Source: an uncultured Ruminococcus sp.
GTDB taxonomy: Bacteria; Bacillota; Clostridia; Oscillospirales; CAG-382
Assembly (NCBI GenBank): GCA_964402515.1
Contig: CAYOCM010000001.1
Coordinates: 5,660-69,659, forward strand
Reading direction: 5' to 3'
Length of the DNA stretch: 64,000 nt
The notes under the pieces are model-generated. The model was not told where the DNA came from and ran no database searches. It saw only the letters and a list, made by a program, of their open reading frames with translations. The position numbers and the translations under genes are program-made. Of the stretch, positions 63,671-64,000 are shown one piece after another. Numbering within the stretch: the stretch's first letter is position 1; each line of letters begins with the position of its first letter.

Positions 63671-64000
63671 TCACTCAAACCTGTGGCTGTGGTTTGCGGG
63701 AATAGTATTTGCCACGGTTGCTGCTGTGTTTTTGATAGTGACGTTGCTGTGGATATCGCTGTTTGAATCGGGCGTGGTAATGACAGATCCGCGCGAAAGG
63801 CATGTGCCGGTGCTGATTTTTTTGGCGGGCAGCCTCTTGCTCGGCTCTGTAATGGCAATTTTTGTCGGAAAATTGATGATTAAGCCGATGCGAGAAATGA
63901 GCGATGCGTTTGAAAAACTGTCGCACGGCGAGTTTGACATCAAAATATCAGAAGACCGCAAAATCAAAGAGATAAAAGAAATGTCAAAAAAATTCAACGC
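63657..64000 (+). CDS. Sensor histidine kinase, N-terminal part only (runs off the window)
   Basis: ATG 63657 overlaps the RR gene by 14 nt. Two TM helices are separated by a loop of only about 14 aa, followed by a HAMP-like segment (KPMREMSDAFEKLSHGEFDIKI). That is the architecture of an intramembrane-sensing kinase. The catalytic domains are not visible. Confidence 0.7.
   Translation, partial: MKKFNHSNLWLWFAGIVFATVAAVFLIVTLLWISLFESGVVMTDPRERHVPVLIFLAGSLLLGSVMAIFVGKLMIKPMREMSDAFEKLSHGEFDIKISEDRKIKEIKEMSKKFN

Noticed and set aside
1-64000. Search for CRISPR arrays, tRNA/rRNA genes, transposases, integrases, and phage or toxin-antitoxin modules.
   Set aside because: I saw no regularly spaced direct repeats, no tRNA-like T-arm (GGTTCGAATCC-type) sequence in the intergenic regions, and no ORF with DDE, tyrosine/serine recombinase or phage structural motifs. 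The window looks like core chromosome with interspersed accessory operons.

Overview
This 64-kb window looks like ordinary chromosome from a spore-forming Firmicute, probably Clostridia-like. The evidence is SpoIVB, frequent TTG starts, many near-consensus sigma-A promoters with extended -10 boxes, and mid-40s % G+C by eye (not computed). I call 56 protein-coding genes. I recognised no rRNA, tRNA, CRISPR array, transposase, integrase or phage genes. Contents in order: (1) a Na+-pumping biotin decarboxylase operon (gamma, BCCP, beta, OadA-type carboxyltransferase, the last cut by the window edge). (2) An acyl-AMP ligase plus ACP pair. (3) nnrD, a lipoprotein and alr. (4) spoIVB. (5) A 2340-aa cyclic beta-1,2-glucan-synthase-like gene. 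(6) A sugar ABC importer with an unusual binding protein. (7) A CotH-kinase / VTC-domain / DUF4956 operon. (8) An orphan 956-aa protein with no recognisable domain. (9) A NUDIX-TldD-TldE operon. (10) Nucleoside catabolism genes (deoC, deoB, cdd, add, punA). (11) A stand-alone type IV pilin gene with an unusual upstream region. (12) asd, a GNAT gene and an LRR surface protein. (13) An ECF transporter with a fused double ATPase. (14) A CofE-like ligase. (15) Two export modules: an ABC-2 system with a TetR regulator, and a fused MacB-like transporter coupled to a flavodoxin gene, next to an OmpR-type two-component system. The best candidates for undescribed biology are the CotH-VTC-DUF4956 operon, the adjacent orphan 956-aa protein, and the pilin control region. 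That region has a consensus promoter bracketed by two copies of a long palindrome, followed by a GC-rich leader of about 220 nt. All homology calls rest on motifs read by eye from the translations. No database search was run.
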